From positions 1 through 33,597 of the forward strand of contig MU271668.1 in NCBI GenBank assembly GCA_021432655.1: DNA of 33,597 nucleotides, in the 5' to 3' direction. The position numbers and the translations under genes are program-made. The notes under the pieces were generated by a model. The model was not told where the DNA came from. It ran no database searches and worked only from the letters and a program-made list of their open reading frames with translations. This DNA comes from Atractiella rhizophila. Taxonomy: Eukaryota. Of the stretch, positions 10,340 through 21,530 are shown piece after piece (position 1 is the stretch's first letter; each line of letters begins with the position of its first letter).

Positions 10340-11433
10340 TTACACCATCCCTCCATTGACTCTCAAATTCTGATCATTAACCCACCTCCCACCGTCTGTC
10401 ACAAGATAGCTGACGAGACCAGCTACATCTTCAGGTTTCGCGATGTCTTGAGTGGATTTGCGTTCTTGATTCCATCAATCATTGCCTGTGGTTTGCCTAT
10501 GGTAAACAGCTCAGTGCCGGTGGGACCAGGGGATATGACATTGGTGGTGATTTTGCGAGATGTGAATGAGGGATCACGAGAAAACACCCTCTCCATCTGT
10601 TAGATGGCACCCTCATGTTGTATTTCATAAGTCCATCTGTATTGGAGATAAGAGGACTGAGACAAATCACGAACCTTTCGTGGCGACGTAGAGAAGGTAA
10701 CCTGGCGTGAAGGTCCAGGCTGCTGTCAAGCTAAGAAACATTTTAACATCTCTTGACAATCAAAAAGGGCTATGCTACGAAGTTGAAAAGAGGATGATTT
10801 CTCCTTCTTCTCGAATTTGAGGCGCTAATTCCTGTCATCGTTTTCAGCTTCAGCTCTTGTGCGGAAATTTTGGGGAGTGAACCAACCTGTACCAAAAGCA
10901 AAGGACCTTTGACGTTTGTATTGAACATCTCTGTATAATTCTCTTCTGTAACGTTTCCAAGGTGGATCATGGGCATGATACCGGCGTTGAGAACGACGAA
11001 ATCGATTCCTCCCAGTTCTTTGACTATAGACGAAATCAACTGAAGGGTGGAGTTTGATCCAACATCTCCTCGAATAAGGGAATAGGGTGGATGCGCAACT
11101 GGAAGCTCAGAAAGGAGTTGTTCAGCGGCGGCAGTGTTAGTGTTGAAGTTCAGCAGAAGTGTCGCTCCTTGAGCGGCAAGGTTGCGTGAGATCTGAAACC
11201 AACTCACTCAAAGATTAGCATCGACAACATTGATATAGAGTGTTTCGCGTACAGCTGCCCCAATACCCCTAAACCTCGTTTCAACAAAGATGGGACGCGT
11301 GCCGTTTAGGGATTGGCTCACCTGGAAAACCCCAGTAACTATAATAGAAGCCAAGGGTGGTTAATCCATAGGGCGCGACTCGTGCGGCAAGACGCTTACC
11401 AAGTGCAATCTTTCCAGTCAATCTCCTCGTCAT
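10340..11433 (-). pseudogene. Short-chain dehydrogenase/reductase (classical SDR), probably pseudogenised
   Basis: MTRRLTGKIALVTG..RGIG (split over micro-exons), VLNAG, NTNVKG, YVATK (YxxxK), NVISPGP and WVNDQNLRVNGG. Lesions are an in-frame TAA at 10600-10602 (AI*QM) and frameshifts at ~10445 and in the 17-nt micro-exon at ~11322-11338. Confidence 0.8.
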
Positions 11434-11807
11434 TTCAGTATTGTTGTGATTTGGTGAGTTCCTTGTGAGTTTTCATTTCTGTATTGTTTGAACAATCTGA
11501 CCAGATCGTGACAGTGTTGCCAATCATGGCCGCCTCCTGTTGCATCTTATATTAATTGCTTCAGTCCTGGACCATCTCTTGCACCGATATGCCCGACTTC
11601 CTGCGAGCAACTGCGTGCCTTCATTCTTCCACATCAGCGATTTCGAGACCGCTACGAGCAAAGAGCGACATGGCCGACGACCATCAAACCTCCATTCGAA
11701 CTCGAACAAGACCGGATTAGGATAAACGGCGTTTCTTCTACAATTTGAGGTTCGTGGTGTCGCTTAAAGGTTTCTTACTAGAATATCAGTATCTCAATAT
11801 GCCCCGT

Positions 11808-14285
11808 TGTTAGACCTTCACGGTTCATCCTTAGCCCATAAGTGGCGTGCTCCCATCCCCCTTCGCAAAGCATTCTCTCGTCATCCATTGCTCACCTCTC
11901 CTGACCTGCGGCCTCTCTCTGACGGTCAACATATTGCAGTGATGGACTTCGACTATGGAACGTTTCCCACGCTACAAGCAATGCTCCAGAGCTGGTACGT
12001 CTATCAGTCAGGTTTTTCTTCATAACAGGTTGATTCTAGCATTCAGGACTCTCAACCCTTCCTCAGAACGATATCGAGAGACTTTCAGCAAACCGAGCGC
12101 GAGGAACTAATCAAACAGCTGAAAATCGGTACCTAGGTCTCTCGATTACCATCAAAACTTGATCCACCGCCGAAGCTTCTACTCTCCCTTCTCACATCAC
12201 CAATCGATGTTGCTAGGCAAGGACGATTTGGCGATGGAACTACTGCAGAATATTTGCTTTTGCGTCTGGGAAAGAAGTGGGATGATGAGGTGAACATGCG
12301 GCAAGCAGGACCTTGATGACACACAGCGATACATGTGATAGAGGCTGCCCTCTCGCAAACAAAGTGCGTCATTATGTGTTTGCTGCTCCTAAATCACGAC
12401 CATAACCCTCCTCCATGCCTCAGACCAGTCAGAAGTGGACGACATATTTTGCGATGCCTGTGTGTGGAATGACCCAATAATCGACGGGGTGTTTCCTTGT
12501 TGTTGTCTCGGTGCGTCAGAACTGATTTAGTACAGCCAGGATTGATAACAAGATGCAACAACTTGGTGGCATAGGTGTATGAATTGTCATATGAGCCAGA
12601 GATAAGGAGGAGGGTGGAACCGTTTCAGGAAGCCCTGTGGTTCGTGGCGAAGGTGAAGGAAGGAGATGAAGGCATGTTACTGAAGTCGATATTAAAAGCG
12701 GAGGAGCTAGAAGAGAAAGTTCACGAAAGGGTCAGGGCGCAAGGTAGGGAGAAGGCAACTCGGGTGTCCGCTTCGCACCTCTACTATGCCTCACCGCTAT
12801 TGTCAAACGTGTCTTGCGATCCTGCGCTGCTTGCCAGCGTCCACGAGAACCTCTCCTCCATACGACCTCTCCACCCCATTTACGTTTTGCGACCGCACGA
12901 GAGACTGGGGATAGATCTGGTCGGACCGTTCACTGAAACCGTACTTGGCAACTTATACAACGTTACGGCAACGGACTACTGCACGAAGTTCGCATGAGCG
13001 GAGGCGGTCTCCGATAAGAGGATGGAGACCGTGGCGGAGTGGTTAGGGAACCTGTTTATGAACGAAGGAGCGTGGGAAGTGGTGAACATGGATAACGGGA
13101 AGGAGTTCGTGAATTCTGCGGTGTAGAGTGTGTTGGAAGGGATTCAGAAGGTGAGGGCGGCTCCCAATCATCTTCAGGCGAATGATTGTGAGGAACGGTT
13201 AAATCAGACACTCACAACCAAGCTTACCCTCTTTTCGCAATCTACCACGACGATGGGCGACTGGGATCTCAATGCTCGCTCAGTCCGCTTCAAATACATC
13301 TGCTCTTATCACTCTTCCATTGGCATGACACCTTATCGAGCTCGTTTTGGACGCGATCCTTTCATTCCTCAGCCCCCTCGCCTTTCTACCGCTTCTCCTG
13401 CCCTCCATTTGGACGAACTCTCCAACTTACAACGCTGGCAAGATCACCTCACGAGGACGCAACAGCTAGCGGTCGAAAGAAACCAGAAATCACAGCGAAA
13501 GGTAAGGCGAGAGGACAAATGTATCCGGAGGAGGGTGGATGAGCGTGTCTTTGAGATAGGGGATAAGGTGGATGTAAGGGAGGGAACCGGCAAGAAGGCT
13601 ATGGAGTACGGGTTTGATACATTGCAGGAATACACACCATCGTCAGTATTACACGCCACGGTCTCTTCATTATCGACAAGAAGGTGTCTCGCGCTCGACG
13701 AGAGGATCAACTCCAACCTCGTCATCCCTCCCTTTGCAGTTCCTCCACTTCGGCTCCCGCTTTCCTTCCATCTATCCCGCTCATTGTCTACTCTGCTTTT
13801 GACCGGAATCCTGGAGCATTGCGACCGTTCCTGGAGGAGTGGAATGTCGAGAAGGAAGAAGCGGAGTTGGAGATAGGGCATGAAATTAGTCCTGAATGAT
13901 CCAGCCCCTCGCCACGGGCGTCTATCAGGAGGTGGCAGTTGTCGCATTTAGCTGAGTAAAAGCGCACCTGGTTGGGCAAGCGAGAGGGAGCACCTCACAG
14001 CATACTCTCATTCGCCTTTTGATTACGCTACCGTGGTTACACTTCTGTTCCATTTTCACCTGTCTCCTTCTCTCACCTCAAGGCTGGATGAACTGGACTT
14101 CGAAGTGACTGAGCTGGGACGACGACCACTTGCACCATCGGACGGGACGAGCACATTTTGAGGGGTTTCTCTGTTTCTAGTAGCTTATTACTTTTCTCAA
14201 TGGACACGAAGGGGTTTCTTTTTATTTCTCTCATTTTATTTTTCGTGACGAGTACGCCGCTTCTTCTAGTGGGGGACGCTTAACA
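11808..14285 (+). mobile_element. Putative integrase-only element with TGTTA...TAACA ends (Ginger-like or deleted LTR element)
   Basis: TGTTAG at 11808 and TTAACA ending 14285; subterminal inverted match 11840-11852 vs 14250-14262 (11/13); no TSD visible. Confidence 0.35.
12575..13730 (+). pseudogene. Ty3/Gypsy-type DDE integrase relic (rve core)
   Basis: LHPI...RLGIDLVGPF (D at 12914), ATDYCTKFA*AEA, DNGKEF (D at 13091), HLQANDCEERLNQTL, YHSSIGMTPY...FGRDP and FEIGDKV. Stops at 12995-12997 and 13124-13126. No RT or RNase H is recognisable upstream. Confidence 0.85.
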
Positions 14286-14998
14286 ATGACGGTGCGATGC
14301 GGGTTGACCCGTCCCGTCACCCACCTCAAGGCCAAAAATCGACGGTGCAAAGCCCTATTTTTGGTCAGCGGCCGAAAAAGACCAAAGTTGGCCAAATTTT
14401 GACAGGATCCTAACCCTGAGCATCAGAATTCGGGTACGAACAGTGTGATGGCCATCGGGGCCCTACGTTGATAGACAAAGGAAAGTACTTAGTGTTTTTG
14501 TTCCGTGCGCTGCTATATCCCCCACACGAGAGGTCCAATTCCTCGACCTGCACGCGCATCTCCAGTTAAGAGGCGGAATTCCTTAGGCAAATATTGAACA
14601 AGGCTTCTGTGGCAATGAATATTGGGAGTTTCTCGTATGCTGTAAGTCCTGGAATGTGAAAAGCTCTCGCGCACTACAGCTGCACCGTTGCCTGTGGCCT
14701 GCTGGGATCAGGCACAGGCGCAAACATATCTGTATCAGAAGATGAGAGCTTTGTCTGCGGACACTGCCATAAAGTCAGCCCTGGGGCAGCGGGTGGCGTA
14801 CTAGATTTTGCATATCTCATCGATTTCATCCTTCAAACCAAAGAGGCGCAATTTGCCTCCAACAGTTGTAGCGTAGTCAGACATGCAATTCATGGCCTGC
14901 ATATGGGCTGGAAGGAGCTGCGCTCTGTAATCCGACATAGCAATGCTTGTGTGAAAGATTGTATGGGCATGAGCTGACTATCTAATTCTGCTGTCCAG

Positions 14999-17900
14999 AT
15001 GTCCTTAATCCCCCAGATACCCCCCATCCTTCCTATCCTCCCTTTGCCCACATCATCCATCCTTTTCCCATCGCTCGTCATCTCTCTCCGAATCCGTGTC
15101 CACCGTTCCGCGCTCATTGCAACACTGCGCGACTTGGACATGACGAGGTACCCACTGATTGCTTGCGTTCCCCTTCAACCATCTCTGTGCAGCCCTACGC
15201 AGAGAAACGAGCGCGAGGAGGAGCGTACGAAAGTCCTGCCGGGCGATCTCTGTGACTGGGGATGTGCCGCGAGGATCATTTGCGCTGAACAAGTTGATGG
15301 CGGTGAGGGGATCGTAGCTGTCCTCGAAGGCGTTACGAGGGTACGGATCGAGCGATACGTCCCTTCAGGTGGAGAGCATCTCGCAGCTGAAGTCACCGTC
15401 GTGTCTCCATCCACACTGCCGGATAATGAGCTTCTGAATCCCCTTTCGGACGCCGTCCGCAAGACTCTCAACGCCCTTGCGACGGAGCCGCCGCTTCTGT
15501 CAGTACTCATCAGTTCTCCCATTCGGTCGTTTACTGAAACGGTAAGGAAGGAAACGGCCGGTAGTTTGGCAGACGTGATTGTCAGCGTGGTACCAAATGG
15601 TTTCTTGCGGATGACGGAGAAGGTGGAGGTTTTAAGTACGGTGGACGTGGAGGCGAGGATTAGACTTGTGGTGGAAATGTTGAACGGAGTGGAGGAAGGG
15701 GTGGAGGAAACACCAAAAGATGGGAAGAGGAAAGGCGAAGAAGAAAGGAGGAGGAAGGAGTGGGTACTCAGGAATCAGATGGCACAGATCCGACGTGAGC
15801 TGGACGAGGTACGCCCCTTTTCCCATCCTGCCCTAATTAAGAACAATATATGATTGGGATAGATGGAAAACAAGGACTACGAACCTGGGAAACCTCTCGC
15901 CATTGGTTTTGTGGGGGGAAAAACGCCGGAACATGAGGAAGAAGACGATCTTGCTGACTTGAAGAGGAGGCTAGATGGCATCAAGCTGGCGAACGCAGAG
16001 GCATACGTTATGGCAATGCGCGAATTCAAGAGGTTCACGAAGATTGCACCACAATCAGTGGAGTATGGGGTTGTGCGCACTTACATTGAATGGCTAGCTG
16101 ACCTTCCCTGGGCGAAGGAGACGAGTTCGTGTCTACAATTCCTTGCACTTCACAGATCACATTGACACGCTGCCAATGAGTATAGAGACTAATCTCGCTA
16201 AGGAGTTCATTGTGCAGGCGAGGGAGAGGCTCGAAAGAGAGCATTATGGGTTGGAGCAAGTCAAAAAGCGACTCTTGGAATGGCTCGTCGTCCTCAAGCT
16301 GCGAATGGACGAAGAAGTACGTATCAAAACTGAGCGTTTAGCGGAGACGAAGCGGACAGAACTTGCTGAGGAGGAGAAAGAAGGCAAGCTCATACCAGCC
16401 TTATTGGGGGGCGCAGAGGCGCGCGAAGGCGGAGAAATCGAGGTTGAGAATGTTCTGCCCCGTCCAAGATATAAAGGTCCCATCCTTTGCCTCATTGGTC
16501 CGCCTGGTGTGGGCAAGACGAGTATCGCGAAGAGTTTGGCGGAGAGTATGGGGCGGAAGTTCACGAGGATATCCCTAGGAGGAGTGAGGGACGAGGCTGA
16601 GATTCGGGGTCATCGCAGGACCTATGTAGCAGCTATGTGTGCCAACGCTTCTAGATTTCCTCTTGGAGCGTTAACACAACTTACAGGCCGGGCCTTATCG
16701 TTCAAGCACTCAAGGAGGTCGGAGTCAACAACCCAGTCATCCTCTTAGATCAGATCGATAATATCGGAATGAACAACCATCAAGGAAACCCCAGTGCTGC
16801 AATACTTGAAGTTCTTGATCCTGAGCAGAACTATCAGTTTAATGATCATTAGTTCGTTACCTCCCTTGTGCTTTGGAAGTTCAGTTGACAAATATAACAG
16901 TATCAACACTCCCGTCGATCTTTCCAAGATTGTCTTCATCGCCACTGCTCACACCCTAGAAACAATTTATGCTCCTCTACTGGATCGAATGGAGACGATT
17001 CAGATATCAGGCTACGTTTACGACGAAAAACTCGAGATTGCTAAGCGACACCTTCTCCCCAAACAACTATCATCGAACGTCCTATCTCCTTCCCACTTCT
17101 CCATCTCCGATGACACAATTCTTCACCTTATTGCACATTATACACGTGAAGCAGGTGTTAGGAACCTCGAGAGAGAGATTGGCAGCATTGTGCGCGCGAA
17201 AAGAGTGGAATGGAGCGACGTGATGGGGAGTGACTGCGAGAAGACGTACAATCATGTCGTGAAGAAGGAAGATTTGGAACGCATTCTAGGCCCGGGACGA
17301 TGGGAAGTGGAGGTCAAAGAAGGAGAAAGTGAAGTCGGTGTTGTCAATGGTCTTGCTTATATGGGGAGTGGGAATGGAGGCTTACTCATTGTTGAATGTC
17401 GGGGTATGCCAGGGGCTGGTAATCTGAAGCTCACAGGATCGTTGGGTATGTGTGCGCAGTGTTTCCACAGCATCTGGTCAACTGAAGTGGTCCCGTGGTG
17501 ATGCAGGGGATGTCATAAAAGAAAGCGCCCAAATAGCTCATTCTTGGGTGCGAGCTAATGGTTGGAACCTCGGTATTTCTGCCACCCAAGACGAGGATGT
17601 GACGAAGAACCTTGACATTCATCTTCACCTGCCCTCTGGTGACATCCCTAAAGATGGTTCTTCAGCAGGTCCGCCCAAGCATGTATGTCAGCGTCACGTC
17701 ACTGAGTATCCCTTGTGCCAGGAATTGCCATGGTCATATCCCTTGTCTCTCTCCTGACAAGGCGGAAAGTCCCCTCAGACATCGCGATGTAAGCCCGCCC
17801 TCTTTTAGGCTGGAATAATGGACTAATTCGATAGTAGGACGGGAGAAATCACGCTCCGCGGGACTGTGACAAGGGTTGGTGGTCTGAAAGAGAAGATTCT

Positions 17901-18159
17901 GGCTGCACACCGAGCCGGAGTGAAGAAAGTAATCTGCCCATTTGGGAACAACAGGGAAGTGGAATCTGAGTTGGCCGAGAAAGTCAGCGGTCAGGTAGAC
18001 TTGATTTTTGTGAAGAAGGTTGAAGAAGTGCTTGATATCGTCTTCGGCGAAAAGGTTGGGAGTAAAGGAAAGGTCGTCTGGGAAGAGAAGGAGCGAAAGA
18101 AGAGGGTCAAGGAGAGTAGGTCGTGGTCGTTGAAGAGCGTGTTTAATTACTGCAAATAA
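14999..18159 (+). CDS. ATP-dependent Lon protease, peroxisomal (LonP2/Pln) type, with substituted catalytic motifs
   Basis: Lon N-domain with no evident mitochondrial presequence, [24 protein letters not shown], Walker [84 protein letters not shown] and [14 protein letters not shown]. All GT-AG introns splice in frame. Confidence 0.93.
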
Positions 18160-18218
18160 CCCTAACCCACCGACGTAGTATTTTCGCCGTAAACTCCCAA
18201 TGCAGGCACATACCTGTC

Positions 18219-18830
18219 CTACAACCTAACTTCATCTCGAAACAGCCCCCTTCCGCTCCACAGAGCAGAGCGAACATCGGCTACTTTTAGTTCCTCGCGA
18301 TCACAGATCATAATCTTCAAGGAACTGGAATGGATAGGAAGAAAAAGGAAGCGGATGTTCTGTTGGACGTTGGAAAAAGGACAGAATGTGGCAATGGAAG
18401 TAGAAAGCAGTGCAGTAAGGTTCTGGGTTACGATGAGCATGGAAAGCTCTCTCAAGTATCCTGAGGGAAGCACCTCGTACTTCTTGTGGCAACTGTGAAA
18501 AGGTGTACAAACCTAACCTAATACAGTGCTAATGTGTTTGGCAATAAAACTATAGGCTTGAGGATCAATATCAGCTTTCATGTTTTTCCTCACCCCTTTG
18601 ACTAGTGCCACTCAGTTTTCCCTATACAGTTGCTGCAACACTGCATTCCGATACTGGCTAGAGTTGGAAGCATATGAGCGTTGTCCAGAGATGTAGTGAC
18701 AACGAATTTAAGGTCCTACTCGCCCAAATTAATGTTCACCGCAGTGTAAGAGTATGTCTCATGTGTTCCAGGCCAAAAATAACATTTTACTGTGTTCAGC
18801 TCCTTATTGCTGACTTGCACCTTCCCGTTG
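18219..18830 (-). pseudogene. Decayed paralogue of the Cys-rich gene at 87-1679
   Basis: Minus strand gives YFWPGTHETYSYTAVNINLGE*DLKFVVTT...LPTLASIGMQCCSNC and VLPSGYLRELSMLIV. These match YFWPGTREAYSHAAANINLGELDLELVITT...LPTLASIGTQRCSNC and VLPLGYLRELSMLVV. Confidence 0.85.
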
Positions 18831-19108
18831 GCACACTGGCCAGCGCTCCCACCACTACATTAAGTGTAATGGTCAATGTCCTGGAATAACGCACTTCCTT
18901 TAGTTCGCGGTCTAGTAGTGTTGACTTAGGGGTCGGTGCTCAAGTGGCGTAAATCTTGGCCAAAATAACACCCTCAAACACCATCCAACAACATCAAATC
19001 GGCGCTACCTCAGCTCGTTAATGACGCTGGATAGTGGTGAATTGGTGTTAGGATAGTGTTCCCACTTTCATTCAATGGTGCTTGGATGGGGTGTTCATGG
19101 GGCTCTCG

Positions 19109-19564
19109 TGTAAAGGTTAGACGGTTTTACGACTAGACTTTACAAAGTATATGTCCTTTGATCTCTTTCACACTAGGTTTAAACAACAATCCTTTCGTAA
19201 GCTAGGCACAAGACTTGACGTCGTTGGTCGTCGATAATCCTTATGTTATTCCGAAGATGTACTATAAGATGAAATGTATACAAGAGGTTCGAAGGGTTGG
19301 TTGTGGAGGTGTTGATCTAGTCTCTGGAATGTGCTGAAGGAGTTGAGTCGGTGGAATGTCTTGAATCCTTACTTGTTTGAGCTCCTTTTATGTGGTTACG
19401 GAATTGTTCCAGAATATTCCAGATACTCTAAGCGATGACAGTTAAGGTTATTCAGAGAATATTCTAGACTGTTCTACCATATTCCAGAGTAACGTTCTAG
19501 GCTGTTCTAAAAGGTTCCAGAAGGTTCTAGTATCTCCTATAATGTATGTGGCCTAACCATTACA
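19109..19564. mobile_element. Solo LTR family B (456 bp) with 5-bp TSD
   Basis: TGTAAAGGTTAG...CTAACCATTACA inverted termini (11/12); flanks TCTCG (19104-19108) and TCTTG (19565-19569). Confidence 0.85.
19407..19530. promoter_or_regulatory. Heat-shock-element-like array inside the solo LTR
   Basis: TTCnnGAAnnTTC at 19407-19419 and 19515-19527, plus several TTC(C/T)A(G) units at ~10-bp spacing. Confidence 0.5.
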
Positions 19565-21530
19565 TCTTGTTTCGTTCCGCTTTTGTCCATTTAGTGTTCT
19601 CTAGGTTGGAGTTTTCTTTAGGTAGGGTTTGCTTCTGGATCAAATAGTGTTATTATTTAGAAAGTAATTATATTATTGCATATTCTTATATGTACTGCCT
19701 CCACATCCCCTCCTTTCCACTCATTGTAGCAAAGGGCAACCCAAGCTCTCCTCTCTCCTCCGACTTTAACCCATTCCAATGTCCACCACTCACAAACCAA
19801 ACAAGCCAAAAGCCAGAACTGAGAATGTGTGTTTTGACACTCCTATCAATAGTTTCAGGCTCCTCTTGCCAGGAAAAACTGAAAAGAGGTAGAGGTGTGG
19901 CATAGAATAGAAAGCGTCAAGAACCAGTATGTCGTATGCGAGGCAGTCGATGGGAGAGGCAGAAGAGGGATGAGGGAAGAATCGGGAGAGGAAGACAAAG
20001 AGCGAGCCAAGTGCTTGAGTCGGTTTTCCACTCAGGGACCTGAAGTCCATGCGGCGTCCCTCTTTTCGGTAGAATCAAAGCGAAAGGAGTGTTGTCACAA
20101 GCTGGAGATGAGATGAGGGAAGACAACAACCTGCGGACCCAAATGATAGCTCTACGGAGAAGAGAAAACAAGGTAAAAAGTGGGGAAACTACATACCTTG
20201 CATTGACCTAGCAGAAGGAGATCAGTTGTGAGGATGTAAGAGGGAAGGAAACGAAACACTTATGGATCCCGACGTGTTGACTCATTCCGATAAGAAGCCT
20301 GGACAGGGCAAATTGGGGGTTGAAAAGGCTACAAAAGGGATCAGAAAGCATCTAACTGGCTAAGGAGCGGCCACATACCTTTGCAGGCAGCAGGACGAGC
20401 CAATGTGTTATTGGTTTCCTCGTAGCATCCCCTTCTAGAAAAAACGAACCAATTTTCCGACTGGGGATGACCATCACGTCCTTTCAGACCCACCCTATCC
20501 CGTGTATAGCCAGCCAAAGAGAATTACATCTGAATTTGGCATCAAAATACCGTGTTTCGACGAAATTAACACGTGCATGAAGTCGTGTTGATGAGACAGT
20601 AAGCATGCAAACAGGTAAAAGAGTGTGTTTCCAACAGCACTTTCATCCCAGTTTAGTCGATAGGGGTATCTGATTCTGTGGGAGAAGTTTAGACACGTCG
20701 ATCGTGAACTTGAGGAGTGAAATTGTTGACTTTGTCGTTTAGGCTTGGTGGTCAGTGGGGGCGGTCAGACCTCTGACATACTGAGGAATATCTTTCTAAC
20801 TGTGACTCATGGTTTGGCCGCGGGCCGGACTTATCTTGCACAACTTTTATGTTCGCTTCTGTTTTTCAATTCAATATTGAGGATTTCGATTTCTAGTCGT
20901 TATTTCCCTAAACACTACCCTAACACCATGCATACACCAACCCCTAAGCCCACTATATCCCAACACCACAACCACCAGTGAAACACTATTCCTTACCAAT
21001 CACTTTTTTCCAGGGGTTAATCCCTGGAAGCTTGCAGGGCCGAGTTAGTACTGGGGTAGGGAGGTGTTAGTGTATTTGGTGCTTGGTTAGTCTGGTGTAT
21101 TAGAGCAGTCTGATATTGTGTTTTCAATTTGCTTGAGCGACGTGAACGTGAAGCCGCGTGAGGGCCATTGAAATATTGACAAGCACATAGGGGACACGTA
21201 TCGCATAGGCTCAAGGCGCCACTTAATCACGCTTGTCTTCCTCACCTCGAAGCACTTATCATCGGAGGGAATGGTAGAGGACAAAATCACGTATGGAGGG
21301 TTGATTATACTGAGGGAAGGTACAAATTTTCGACTGCTCTGCCAGTGTGCACAATATATGTAAACTAGCTTCCAGAATCTCTGTTAGATTATATCATATA
21401 TTTCCAACAATGCAAAATCCAAGTTAGGAATTGAAATAGCGAACTGGAGTAATAAGTTTAAATTTCTAGAAGACTATACCGTGGCAAAAGCGCCATCTGC
21501 AAAAAAGGCATCAAAATAGCAACTGTAGTG

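Larger units (their letters stand above)
19025..21015. mobile_element. Putative old non-autonomous CACTA-like TIR element
   Basis: Right end TTCCAGGG is the same terminus as the neighbouring CACTA. The degenerate left end CGCTGGATAGTGGTGAATTGGTGTTAGGATAGTGTT resembles the reverse complement of the right end. (T/G)GTGTT-type subterminal repeats occur at both sides. Confidence 0.4.

Noticed and set aside
19690..20420. Short ORFs and intron-like signals inside the 19-21 kb relic
   Set aside because: Too decayed to reconstruct a credible protein.
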